DNA from: Trichoplax adhaerens
Taxonomy: Eukaryota; Animalia; Placozoa
Assembly (NCBI RefSeq): GCF_000150275.1
Contig: NW_002060943.1
Location: 1,090,731 to 1,154,730, forward strand
DNA: 64,000 bases
Direction of reading: 5' to 3'
This document shows, one piece after another, positions 36,256 through 50,500 of the stretch. Under the pieces are notes generated by a model that was given only the letters and a program-made list of their open reading frames with translations, did no database searches and was not told where the DNA came from. Both the position numbers and the translations under genes were made by a program. Numbering within the stretch: position 1 is the first letter of the stretch; each line of letters starts with the position of its first letter.

Positions 36256-39200
36256 CATATATATATATTCAAACGAAGAGAAGAATGGAAAAATGTAGGA
36301 AAGCTTCCTGGATTCTTGCACCATCATATCATAAATAATTTATGTGTAAATTATACAAATTAGGTCATAATTTTTTAAACAAACGAAAAGTAATAAGCGG
36401 TCTCATATATATGTAAGTAAGTCAGCTTCAGCTTTATGTATATGTAATAAAGTATACCGTATGTATTAGCCTGTAGCGGTAGATTCGATTATATTGTTTA
36501 AAAAGGATCTGTAGAAAACTTTTACAATTGTACAACATGTGCATTTCCTTTTTAAGTTTCAGAGCAATAAGTTTTGTTTATTCTAAACCGATTGAAAGAT
36601 CTGTACCGCGTAATACTTGGATAGCATTTTAAATTGATGTTTAAGTATCCAGTGTCTGATAAAAGAAAATTGCAGTTTTGGCCTAACTATTTCTGCAACT
36701 TGTTAATAGATTTTACGTTGTGTACGTACTATTTCGTAATATCGCTTTTAAAGATTTGCAATAAAGTACTTTCAATGAATGAAATTGACGTAACAGAATA
36801 TTATGGTTGTTAAATAAAAAGTGAATTCAAATTTATGTTCTTATCTCTATATTTCAGTTTTTGCTTCTATACTTCGCCATATAACCATTATGAATAAATT
36901 AGAAGCTTTAGTATTGAATAGGAGGACTATTTTAAATGTAACCAATGGAGGTAACAGTATAAGTTATTTTTGTAATTTTAACTTCGTTGCGTCGATATGC
37001 TATCCTATAAAATACTTTCTATTGCGGGCTAAATTTACCTGTCGTTTGCAAGTATCGACTTTTTTGAGTTGAATCATTGTGGGAAACTATAAATGACTAT
37101 TCATTAGTATTATTTTAATATCCTATTTTGTTTCACTTCGTTACCTGTAGCTGCTCTACTTGAAGTACGGGTCTGATGAATTTAAGTGAAAATATATCAA
37201 AGTACAAATTTAACGAGTTTGAATAATGATGTAGATTAGAAGTTGTTTTGATTGCCAGTATAAGATCATTATTATTGCCATTAAAATCCCCACCATTTCT
37301 TATTTCAATGATTTATGAGTAAAATAGTTGCCTAGCTGCTGTATAATCTAAAAAATAAATCGACTATTACTTATCTTCGCAGCACAGGATGTCAGGTATA
37401 GATAAAATTTGCGCAATTAATGTGATCTAATGATTACTACAGAGATCTTATCAAAGAATCAGGTTGCCTGTAATTTACAAATGAAATCAAAAACATTAAC
37501 TATTTTAATAAGTTTGATTGCCTTTATGTAAATTACGTTAAATAATTGCTCCAGGAGTTACTAAATCAATACAATGCCTATCTAAGGACTGATAGCGTAA
37601 CGCAATAAGTTATTTTTTGCTTATAAGCTGATCAGTTTCGTACAACATAGTTGCATTTGTAATAGTACTAAAATGTACATTTAATACTAGGGAGTTGCCG
37701 TAGGTTATATATATATACGTGCATTTATTTCTGTATACTAAGAAGTTACCGTAGGTTATCTATACGTACATTTAAATATTTCGGTTTGTGCTTGTATTTT
37801 CCAGGTATTATGAGAATAATGTTAATAAGGTTAATGGTAGGCCTTTGTTAGAAGACTGAATATTTCATCGATTAGTGCATTCTATAGTCTAAGCATTTAA
37901 TAGCTTGAAGTAATTAAGATTACAAGGGATACTTTCGGGATAAGTATATTTCTATAAATATAAATGCAAATATAAATATTAAAGCCGATATTAAGGCTAT
38001 GATGTCATTTGTATCAATAAAATCCTAGTATTTAGTCTACATTGACAAGAAATAGTTTGACGCAAGCCTTAATTAGTTAGCACGTCGCAAAAACATTCGA
38101 TAATGCTTATAACAATTGTAATAAGGTCAAGTGCAACTATAACATTCTTGATCAATCTAATATACAATTCTCTACTTGCCAATTGTAGCCTACTGCCATC
38201 ATTAGCATCACCATGATTGCGTTGGTTTGTGCGATTTATGATAAAATAGTACTGTACCACAAACAATCATTAATTACTGTGCTGTCACTGGATAAGATGA
38301 ATTTTTTAACCCAATGATCTTTTATGCTTCCTTATGACATCACAGTATTTCACTAGTAAAGATTGCAAAAGTTACGATATTATGTTAAGAAATAAGTAGT
38401 TTCAGTAAGCAGTCTGTCTGTATTATGTATAGGCATGACGCCTGAATAAGATTTAACTTTAATTAACAAGTAACGTAGATCGCACTAAAGTTGTGAACTA
38501 AAACAAATCGTAAATCTCCTACAGCGTTGATTTACAATATAATCGGTAGTTATTAGCGTCTAGAATACCGGTGCTTAAGTGACTCATATAATTACGGTAT
38601 TTACCATGGAGATATGAACTAAGTAATTTCATGTATATTGAGAATAGAAGTTAACCTTGATGTTGTTTATAATAGGCTATCATGATTCTCATTTCGGTGC
38701 TTATAATTTTAAGAAATATTTTATATAAATATTTTTTGACCGAACAGTAGATTTCTATCATCCAATCAGTCTGCTTTAATAAGCTATGGATATTATTCAA
38801 CATACTGCAGTTTAATTTCTCAGTAATTGAAAGCATATAAACGAAGTTCAATTTTATTTCTACGCGAATGATTTGTAAGGCTTTGGCGTTTGAAGGTTTA
38901 TTCTGGAGTTTTGTTTCTGAATATGATCATGGTGTTAAAGTTCTTGATTAAGGCAAACATTATAAATTCAACACTTAACGATACGCGCTGCTTTCTTCAA
39001 CTAAGATGTTCGTTCTATTATATAACGTAAGGAAATTTGCTCGTTCTTTATAATATAATTATTTTTTTTATTTCTTAAGTAACGAAAACTGCAGTGATAC
39101 GCCATAGTTATGATGAAATGTGGTAAATATTACCTTTAGGAGAGATTAAAATTAATCCTAGAAAAATTGCAAACTAGATTAGTCATCTGTACCGATTTAT

Positions 39201-40574
39201 AAGCAATAGGATAAGGCATAAAATTTTTTGATATAACAACACAAATACATTTAGAAAGTAAAACTGTATGTTAGTGTGAACAAATTCAATCACTTTTGAA
39301 TTCGGAAAAGCTGGACATGTTATAAAGGTGTTGATGTGAATAATAGCGGATAATTAATTTCGATACCATATGCTCGTTAGGTAGGGATAAAATAAGGTTG
39401 AAGTAGGTCTTTATGCTTTTTCTACAGTTTCTAAAATAATGGATTAGCGTAGGATTATTACTGTCCATCATATGTGTCCATTCATAAAGCTGTCGATCTT
39501 ATTGAACTTTGTACCGATTTTATATTTTGTTGAAATATTAATAAACTCCACCTACACTTTTTAGATATAAGGCATCATTATACAAATAGTGTTGGCCGAC
39601 ATCCTTTATGAAAATGGGAATATAAAAGTAATCAAACCCAATAATACAAACCATTCATAGTCGGATAATAAGTATTAGTACTTTATACTATATGATATCA
39701 TTCTGTACAACTTTGATCTTTTGACGAATTTTCTCATTTTCTTAATGCCCTTTACTCTTTACATTCTGTCTAGTCACAAAAACTTGAGAATTAGAGACAA
39801 GAAATGGTATATTTTTAGCACAGCACATTCAAGATTGTTATTCGCATTTTGGTTATGTTCTCAACTGGAAATGCAGTGTTTTCTTCTACATGCATTACAA
39901 AAAATTCAGTGGAACTTTGCGTTCTTTGATGTAAATCCTGTTATTCTATAGAAAATTGATAAATTAACTCCGTGTAAGATCAAGTATTGTTCAAGATTTA
40001 TCCTTTTCTAATTTTTGATCAGATAAATGTGACACAATGAATCGACTATCTTAATACTAGATAATTCCGATTGTAACTGTAAATAAATAAAGAAAAAGTA
40101 AAGATTGCCAGATAGGATCGATCTCCGAATTGAACATACAGTGTTGAGGTGTTTATATTATATTGTACACAGTTTAATAAACTATGTACATAACATGCAA
40201 ATTATAACAAACGGCGTATCAACAGTTGACCCATTGGTTCAGCCATCTTTAATCTAATCATTTCAACTTGAGTATTTTATGCTATGATATGGAAAGAATA
40301 TTTGTCACGATTATATTGCAGTTGCTGAACTCATCGCTCTTACTATCAAGAGAGATTATTTATCCATGATGACTCACTAAATTAGCGATGAAATATAATT
40401 CAAGGGGAAAAAGATTAGCACCGATGATAAATAAATTTTATTAGTCATTGTGATATCTTTTGTATCAACCTGTCAAGCTGATGACACTGATAAAGAATTA
40501 ACACTCCAGATGGTGGACTAATAAAAGTTTTTTGATACTCTATGTCAGAAACTAATTTAGAAGGCTTGCAAAGA

Positions 40575-40615
40575 TCTCTCTCTCTCTCTCTCACCCCTCC
40601 CCCCCTAAAAAAAAA
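40575..40615. repeat. (TC)n microsatellite followed by C and A homopolymer runs
   Basis: tctctctctctctctctcacccctccccccctaaaaaaaaa. Confidence 0.8.
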
Positions 40616-41984
40616 TGGCTCTTAGCTAAGCAATTATACTGTATTGATCTACTGTACTTAAGCAACTCATAGTTAGGTCAAACATGTTCGATTTTAGATA
40701 TAGTAGTTATTGCAACCTTACGGGTAATTAATGTATTGTCAATTTGTAATACAGAGCAATTATCGTTATTCAACTAAGAGCCTTAAAGTCGATCGGTAAA
40801 GATAAAGGTGAGATAGAATGGCTTGGATTGACTGTGAGTTTCTATTAAGGCAATAGTTTTCTTCTTCTTTTATTTGTTAGTTCTCACTTTAAAAATCATC
40901 TGCTAGATTCAATACGTTACGTAGTTGATTAGGTGCGTGATTTTAATGATTTTAATATACGCGTCTAGCATCCACAACAGGCCTCTCGTTACACGTATAA
41001 AATATTTAAAAGGACAAATTCAGTCTAAAGTGGCATACACTACAGTATGTAATAAGTTATCAATAAGTATTTATGTCGTACTCATGGACTATTTGTGAGA
41101 ACTGGTCAACATTGCTTGGCTGGTAACTTATAGACCTACAAGCAAATCGAAGTATCTCCAGTATGGAACCGTATAAAACAACATCATAACTCATTACAGA
41201 TGAAATTCTACTTTCGTATCGCCAAATGAATAATCCATTCCATAGCTAATGGTATTGACTACAGTTCACTTTTAACATAAGGTTCAAATCATTTTAGTAT
41301 TGCTGTTTTTGTTAAAGCATTGTAACGTAGTCGGCCTTGGGAAACTTCACCATATATGGTATAACGTGCTGTATACTTTGATTACGTGTCGTCAACCAGT
41401 GAAACTAGAGTCTATGCATTACCCTATACGGTAAATAGGTTTTGGTTGTGAAGCTGTGACGGTGTTAAAAGCAGGTGTTGAATTAGAAGTTTGCCTTCAA
41501 TCCTTTACGCATTCCACCTGCCCATAAAAGTAAAAGAAAGAAATAAGTGGGAGGCTATTTTGGGCGATGGCTGTTGATGATGAACGTAAAACCTACATAC
41601 TGTATGTATATTTATCCTTGTGCTGTGGGAGATTCAACGATGACGTAATAAGTATAGTAAAGTTCATAGGGATAATGAAAGTCAGGAAATATTGTGTTTT
41701 TACAGTCATTTTTGACTGACTCATTTTTGGACTTGGTGGTGAGCAGCATCGCAATCAATGATGCATAGTATGATGAATTGATGACGAAAGTTTATTTTGG
41801 GTCTTTCCAATTGATCCTGTTATTTTTCCTTTGATGACTACATACAGTAGAATTGAATATTTGTCATTACAGTCCAATACTATGTCATGGCGTTGGGGGG
41901 ATCTACTGTAGGTGTTTTACCTGCGTGGGTGACCCCTGGAAGCACGAGCACTAAAGGTAAATCACCTCTGTGATACTCAAATTG

Positions 41985-42625
41985 ACAGTACTACTGGGTA
42001 GACAGTACAGTACAGTAGGTCAATGATCGCTTTCCTATACGAAATTGGATGGAAAGTTTAGGTTGACTTTCTTCCAATCCAGTAAATATTAGGGTGTGTA
42101 CAGTACACGACACTACAGTACTGCGTACTGTAGTATTGTACTCTTTGTACTGTAGCTCAATGCAAAAGTTTCGTGGCTGGTACAGTACCGTACTGTACAG
42201 TTTAGTAGACGCCCCTTTTCAGAATTTGTAGCAGACTGCCCTGTCTGGGTCAGCGCTCTCCAGTGGAGTGTACAGTATGGCTATTAGAGATTTTGAAAGA
42301 CTTTTCAGAATGTGTTGTTTTCAAAGCACACCTGCCTCTGGTCTAGACAGTCTGGTGAACTGTACTGTACACTGTACAGTACTGTACACTACAGTATTAA
42401 CGTGCTGTGTAAGTACAGTACAGTATACTGTAGTCACTCGGCGAGCCCCAAATTGAAGTACTGTACTATACAGTACATGGTACCGTGTACAGTGTGCATA
42501 TGGTAGCCAAAGGACACTCCCAGTAAGAGGGAAACTGTACTGTACACTGTACAGTCCTGGTGAATTCTAAGCCAGTTTCTATAGTACCGTACTGTGCTGT
42601 ACAGTAGACTGTAAGCTAGTGTATA
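41985..42625. promoter_or_regulatory. Putative promoter of the MASK-like gene, dense in TACTG/GTACA motifs
   Basis: Many gtactgtac/gtacagtac units, followed by a GC-richer segment ending in a strong donor (ctag|gtaagc at 42839/42840). Confidence 0.5.
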
Positions 42626-43407
42626 CCGTCAATGCAGAACGCGATGTTCAACCTGGTCATTTAAAATCAACACCAAAGAGTTGTCTACAGGCTCATTTTT
42701 TCGTCCGCTGAGTTAAGTTGAGCATGTCGGCAGACCGACGGTGATCATATGTGGTCGTCAAGTCGGATATAGTATACAATCATGGCGCTAGAATGGCCTT
42801 GTTACAGTTCTTATCCGATAAGTGTCAACAACGAACTAGGTAAGCACATGTTAAAGAAAAAGCCTGAACCAATGTATTGATTATTTGAATCAACCAGTGA
42901 TGTGGACACTTGAATTTCTATCATGGACTGTATTTTGATCGTCGCTCTCGCAGTAGTTGTGACTTGGTGTGCAACATCTTGTGTAATGTGTACTACTATA
43001 TAGTTCTATTTGAAAAATGCTGCCTTGGACAGCTCAAATCTGTCTTCCATTCTCCAGTGGTTGTGTGTTACGTTTTCCACTTGGTGTAATAGCTAATGCA
43101 CAGTAAGTGTATGAGGAAGGGTAGTGCCTGAAAATAGAGTATGTCGAGTTGAAATCGCCAGCTGTATCTTTCATTTCCAAACTAGAGTACGACCGTACAC
43201 AGTGCTATGCATACCATCGATATCTATCGCTACCGTGTGTATCGCCTAGGCAATATGGAAGATTGAACGCCTAGTCTAGTATTGTATGGTGGATGGTCGT
43301 CTTTCACAATCAATCTCTCTATCATAGCAGCTTGCATAGTCACCATTCAATTTTCATTCACGTAAATCGTTTTCTAGCAGCGTCCATGCTTGAATATTGA
43401 ATTTCTC

Positions 43408-44025
43408 TTTCGTCCTGGACGATGGTTGACGCCAGTTGGTGACGAGACTTCTGCAAGAGTCGTCCACAGCACTTGATCGTAGTCTTGTAGTCGATCGTAC
43501 ATGTATTGTCTCAAGTATCACTGGCAAGTCTCAACCCGATAACCCCTGCAGTTGGTCATTCGTTCACTACTGTCTCTTCAATTGCCAAACGTGTTGGCTT
43601 TCAACCTTTTGAATTTCGTCCTGGACGATGGTTGACGCCAGTTGATGACGAAACTTCTGCAAGAGTCGTCCACAGCACTTGATCGTAGTCTTGTAGTCGA
43701 TCGTACATGTATTGTCTCAAGTATCACTGGCAAGTCTCAACCCGATAACCCCTGCAGTCAGTCATTCGTTCACTACTGTCTCTTCAAGTGCCAAACGTGT
43801 TGGCTTTCAACCTTTTGAATTTCGTCCTGGACGATGGTTGACGCCAGTTGGTGACGAGAGTTCTGCAAGAGTCGTCCACAGCACTTGATCGTAGTCTTGT
43901 AGTCGATCGTACATGTATTATTGTCTCAAGTTTCACTGGCAAGTCTCAATCCGATAACCCCTGCAGTCAGTCATTCGTACAATACTGTCTCTTCAAGTGC
44001 CAAACGTGTTGGCTTTCAACCTTTT
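43408..44025. repeat. Tandem repeat, 3 x 206 bp, near-identical
   Basis: tttcgtcctggacgatggttgacgccagtt...gccaaacgtgttggctttcaacctttt starts at 43408, 43614 and 43820. Confidence 0.95.
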
Positions 44026-44533
44026 TCTCTTTGGCCAACAATTTTTTCATTTATTTTTCATTTTTTCTTTGACCCATTTTTCTTCTTAACAGCTATGATT
44101 TGTGTCTTCCATTACTGGGTATGCTAACTATGGAAGTGCTCAGAATATTTTTCAATTTTTATTTTTTTCACTGATGTTGTTTGACTCAACCTTGAAATAT
44201 TATTTTTTTTCTTTCTCCCTCCCATTTCGACATACGTGGTGAAATGGACCCATACATTCAGCAGTGGTGTAATCGACGAAAAGACAAGACTGTAATAGAA
44301 AATCAATAGGAAAAGAAAGAAAACAATACGGTACTTGAATTTCTACACAACTCAATGGTTGTCTTGATTTCTTCATTGATTGCATCCTCTATATATGCTC
44401 TTATTTTTGCCTTGATTAGAAATTAAAAAGACACTCAGTTTTACTTGCAAATACTGAAAGTGATCATTGGATAGCCAAATTCTGATTAGGCCTTGCAAAG
44501 TGTCAATTTAGGAAAATTAATTCTTGACCGTCC

Positions 44534-47500
44534 ATGTTGAAAGAGAAAAATTGCATTACTGTCATTGATCAGAGGAAGAAAATGGATCAAGACGACAGAC
44601 ATAATCATCATCATGGCCATAACGATGATCGTTACGATGGTGGCGACGAAGATGACATCAATATATCGCCTTCTCTATTAACTGGTAATCCAGTGGCAAA
44701 TAATAACCATATTTGCAGCAATATCATGAGTAACAACAATAGTAGTAATAATACTAGTGGTAGTAGTAGTAGTCTTAGTAGTCATGAAAGTAATCAATTA
44801 AATTTAGATGAGATGCTGAGTTTAGCTTGCCGCCAAGGCAAACAAGAAATGGTCGAATTGTTATTAGAAAATGGCGCTGGTTTAGATTACAAAAATAAAG
44901 TCGGTAATACAGCATTGATTGAAGCCTGCAATCAAGGCCATGCTGATGTAGCAAAGCTGCTCTTGGAACGGGACGCTTCCAACGTGGATATTGCTACAGA
45001 TTGGACATCGGATAGTGCCCTAACGTGGGCTTGCACGTTAGGCAATGAATCCATTGTCAAGCTCTTACTGGAACGTGGTAGTGACACAGAACATCGTACT
45101 AAAGATGGCTGTACAGCATTAATGTTTGCTGCTTTAGCTGGACATGACGCTATTGTGTCATTATTGCTTGAACATGATGCCGTTGTCAATGTTGTTTCTG
45201 ATAGTAATCATGATAGCCCTTTAACTTTTGCCTGTTGGAAAGGTCACGATAAAGTAGTTGCCCTTTTATTGCAATACGGTGCTCACATTGAGCATCGCAC
45301 AAAAGAAGGCTTTACACCGTTAATGTTTGCTGCATTAGGCGGTCATTTAGCTGTTGCTGGAGAATTATTAAGACATGGTGCCCAACTGAATGTCCCAAGT
45401 GGTAGTAACAATGATATCCCACTTACAAGTGCTTGTTGGAAAGGCCATGATCATATCGTTAAATTACTACTCGATTTCAATTCTAATATTGAACACAAGA
45501 CTAAAGACGGTTGTACACCATTAATGCTAGCTGCCAGGTAAAAAAATATATACTATAAAATACCTACACATCATCAATTTACAAGATTTGGATATCGACC
45601 ATTAAATGTACAGTTACTATTTCCCACTACGATACGCAATACTCATGATCACTTGAGTATAGTTTACATTGTTGACGCTATTTTTGTTTTTTTTCTTTTT
45701 CATTTTGGACTTATACTTTTTTGGATTTTATTATGTAGAATAGCGGTTAAACAAATTATTCTCTTTTAATGTGGTATAACGATAACCTAGTTTTAATGCC
45801 TACGAGTGTTTGACAGAAACGCTATGAATTGCATAAGATTTCGCAATGCAGCTACCTTCTACTGTATCACGTCTATAAATATCCTGGTATTGTTATTGAG
45901 CAAACAATTACAGTACGGAGCGATCTGTACTACTATATTCACTATAGTGTGAAAAGAAAGAGTGTACACTCGAAGTTATAAACTGCACTATATAAAATGA
46001 TAATTATAATTAATCAAGAATTAGACATATTGTACAGTAATGCTATGGTATCGTGAAATGAAAGTTAAACAACATATCTTATAGTAAGAAACCAAGTCAT
46101 TGATAAGGTTTACATTTAAGTGTCAAGATGAAAACATACTGTACTGTACAGTATATTGCTATACTGTATAAGAGTAGATCTACTCACGATGAATAACAAA
46201 TAGAGTTGAATCAGATTCAAGCTCTAAAACAGCAACAGCGAACACTATTACTATTGATAATTATCGGAAAATTGTAGACTAGCGCGGACGTAGACAATTA
46301 TCATAAAAAAAGTAGTCATGGTGTATACTGTACAGTCTGTACAAGTATAGGTGCCGCCGTTACTTTTGTTGAGGTTTGAATAATATTATTATTAATAATG
46401 ATATAGGACATCTTTTGTTATTCTCTGAAACCAGGACTTGTGTCTGTTATTCTTGTTATTAAAGTCACTGGTGTTAAGTATTGTACTTCCCTTAATTGCT
46501 ATTACTCTGTATCACTGTATTGCATTTTAAGTACTGTAGGACTTCTATTCTTTATTTCTTTTCTTTAGTTATACTGTACAGTACACAGTAGTTTGTTAAC
46601 CCATACTTTTAAATGCTATTCATAAAATAAACCTTATTGAATTGCAGCCGCGGTTAAAACTCACTTTGATAATACTTACGACAAAAATGATCTATTTTCC
46701 TCTGTCTAATTTGTATTAAAAACTAACTACTTACAGCAATCGATTTTACAGGTAACTTTCAAATACAGTATTCATTGCATTCATTGAATTATGTTTATAT
46801 TTATCATTATGAATAGACGTACGTACTTTAGTACCAAATTTGCTGTGCTGAACCACTAGTGTACAGTGGTAGATATTGCCTCATCATCAAATGATTATAA
46901 AATACATTTTATGTAATATCTCATTTTTTTCGTTCAAATCTAACTTTCGTTTCTCGATGGTTATCATTTAATTGATTTATTGTTGAATGAAAATTTATAT
47001 ATTGAAATCTCTTTTTTTGTCTTCTTTCACTGACGATAATAGAGAGGGTCACTTTGATGTGGCCATGTTGTTATTAGATAGTGGAGCGGAAGTGAACGTT
47101 GCCTCAGGCAGTGAAAACAATACGCCGTTGACATTAGCTTGTTGGAAAGGTGAGATAATTTTTTAAAATATCCAAATAGGACGTATGATATGAATCAGTG
47201 TTTTCGACCATTGTGCTATACGCTTATATTCATATTTGGAGATTTTCGTAATCTTCTGTCGAAAACAACAGCTACCAGAAATACCTCACTGCCGTACTTT
47301 ACGTATATTCAATAATCAGTGAATGAATTGCCCCCATATTAAACTGTACAGTAGTTCCTTTTAATTAATTAAAAGAATTGGCAGTAGACGTAGACCCGGC
47401 CCATTTTATTAATAGAGTAGTAATGTCAGTAATTTTAATCAATAAAATAAATTCCTATTTTTTGACTCGTGTAAACACATAGGCCATCATAAAGTTGCTG

Positions 47501-50500
47501 ATTTATTACTTCATTACGGCGCTAATATGGAACATCGTAATAAAACTGGCTGTACGCCATTAATGTTGGCTGCTAGGTATGTATATTGTTAAAATGTAAT
47601 CACTATTTTCTTTACTGATCAAGACTAAATCACTACGGTAACAGAATGAATCTCTTTACTTGACTGCAACTTTTATCATAACGTAATACTTTATTTATAG
47701 GGAAGGTTACATTGAAACGGTAAAAGTTCAGTTAGATAAGGGTTGCAAAATAACAGAACCTTCTGGTAGCAATGATGATACTGCATTAACTTTAGCATCT
47801 TGGAAAGGTAGTATGAATGTATTACTGAACTACATTATGCCTCGTAGTTTATGCTAAAAAACATTCGTAACATTTTTCGGACTATAGTATCAATTAGTTA
47901 TCATAATATTTATTTTATATCTAACCTTAGAGCATGTGATAGATTGACTTCTTAGTAATTCAATTTTTTTTTTTAATCACAATGCCTATATCGATTTATT
48001 CGAATATGTACTTAAATACTATCCTTTATATAATAATGATTAGGTCATTACGATGTAGTAGAATGCTTGCTAGAATATGACGCAACTAATATTGATCATC
48101 AAACCAAGACTGGCTGTACAGCTTTAATGGAAGCTGCAAGAGAAGGTCATTATCGTGTTGTCGAATTACTGATTGAACATGATGCCGATATTGAAGCACC
48201 TGACAATTATGGCCAGAATCCGCTTTTTATGGCTTGCTGGAAAGGTTTGTGATATTCATGGATTGTTCTATATGCCGTATTTTTGTGTTTAAATATAGAA
48301 ATGTTTGTTTCGTAACTTTCAGATCATAATCTAACTTAAGAGGCTAGACTCTAAAATGTGTATTTTTTTGTTTTTAAAATATTTATACATGTTTTTAGGA
48401 CAATATAAAGTTGCAGAGCTACTGCTTCATTATGGCGCGAATAGGGACTGCCGTACGAAATCGGGAATAACACCTTTTTATCAAGTAAAATTTTTAAGTG
48501 TGAATATAAAGTAGAAATGCAAACCTCTTTTTTAATTTCTTATACTTTACAAAAATAAGGCTTGCAGAGACAATCATGTAGCAGTTGTTCAATTACTCCT
48601 TGACTTTGGCGCAAGTTGTAATGCTCCTTTCCCCAATACGAGGTACGCTGTATGTAGATTATGTTAATAGAGCACATTAGTTTTATAGACCTTAATTCAT
48701 ATTTTTGTCGACAATAATTTCAGCTCAAACTATTGCGTATTTTTTGTGTAATAAATAAATAATAACCATATTATTATTAATCATTAGAGATTACCCGTTA
48801 ACATTAGCTGCTGAACGTGGTCATGTTGACCTAACGATGCTTCTACTATCACGGTATGTATTATCTTTTATTACGGTGGCGAGTTTACGAAAATATTAAA
48901 AAATACAGTAGCTGTTGTTAAAATCTAAAATAAATGATTAATTGCCTCGAATTAGCGGCGCTAACGTGGACTGTCGAACAAGAAAAGGCGTTACACCATT
49001 TTGGATCGCGTGTAAAGAAGGCCATACAGAAATTGCACAAGTTTTAGCTCAACATGGTGCTGACGCTGAGGTAAAATAATTTGCTGTTTCAGTGCATATG
49101 TTTTATTAGATGGTAACGTAAGAAATCTAATAAGATTTCGTTTCCACAAAATTAAATGTAATTACAGGTTGTCGACGTAAGAAACTGCTCAGCCTTGGTT
49201 ATTGCTTTCCGCAGCGGACAAACCAAAGTAAAGATTGTGTATTGTATTATTAGCGGTTACGATACGTTACCTTATCTCAGAGAGTAAAATATTTTCTTAG
49301 ATCGAATGTGGAATATTTTGCAAGCCAAATGAAGTAGGTAATAAGGTTTTAATTTATGTACACTATTTTCATATAGATCGTAGAATGGCTACTGCAGATA
49401 GTATCAAACTTTCCTTCCGATGTTGAATGCCAGAAAAGTTTAACTATTCCAAATCAAGATTCGACAGATGAAGATTTGCTATCAACTCGTGCTAAATGTC
49501 TGGAAATGATTTTAAAGGTATTATAACTAAGTTTATTTATAATTTTGTAAAATTTAGCTATTTCTGTTCTTAATTGTAGCAATACTGTACACTCTCTGAT
49601 GCATATAGGCAAAACACGCCAGGGAACAAGATGCTTTAAGGAATGCTCAGATACTTTTTGAAGTCAGTGGCTATTCAGTAAACATATTAAAGATTTTTAT
49701 ATGCATAAATCAGTGTGCTTGGTATAATAATACTGACATATGTTGCATACTTTATTATAATTCGTAGGAAATTGAAGCCGAAAAAAATAGGGAAGTTGTT
49801 CGTCGTAAAAAGGCAGCTGCTAAAAGGCGCGATAAAAAGAAGAAAAGGAAGGAAAAAGACGGCGAAGATTGTACGGAAAGCCTTCATTCTCTCGATCATG
49901 AGATAATAGATAACGATAATCTCATTATGGATAAAAGAAGTGATAGTGTGGGTATGAATGATGATGAAGATTTAGATGCAATGATTAGTAGCGGTACTGT
50001 TGATGCCGTAGATCAATCAAGCTATGATATTGACGTAGAAGCTAAAGAGAGAAATAGCGCAGAGAATGAGGATACTAACTCCCCTAGCGAGTCTTCTGAT
50101 GAGAATGATATCGAAGAGCAAGAGCCATCGAATAGAGCAGCTACACCAGAGATTAATAATTGTATTTCTTCCAATGACACAGCAGAAACGGTACAAAAAC
50201 AAATGGAACTAATGACAATACACAAAGTTAATGCAACGAATAAGGAACTGAATTCCAAAAATACTCCAAGGCATACTATAAACTCAATTATTGGTGATTG
50301 CTATGAGAACGTTGAATCAAATAGAACAGATTATGATCCTCGGCTTCATGAATCCTTTAATATTGCTAAATTGGATGATATAAATTATCTTAATGCCAAC
50401 AGCTCATTATCTGTTGAGGGAACTTTAGTTCATAAAGATAATACTCGCTTTGTTGGACAATTAGGAACTCACCAAAAATCAAAATTAAAGCTAAATAAAA

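Noticed and set aside
42268-42506. Short ORFs rich in C/T/V/Y/L (also 24720-25367)
   Set aside because: They are translations of TACTG/GTACA motif tracts, not plausible proteins.
43640-43672. Hammerhead-ribozyme-like words (ttgatga-c-gaaac...gtc) in unit 2 of the 206-bp repeat, suggesting a retrozyme
   Set aside because: The core is UUGAUGA rather than CUGANGA, stem II is absent, stem I cannot pair next to the core, and units 1 and 3 read ttggtgacgaga.
43848-44385. Short ORFs upstream of the MASK start, and similar ones at 63134-63473
   Set aside because: They lie in tandem repeats or T-rich non-coding DNA and show no domain-like features.
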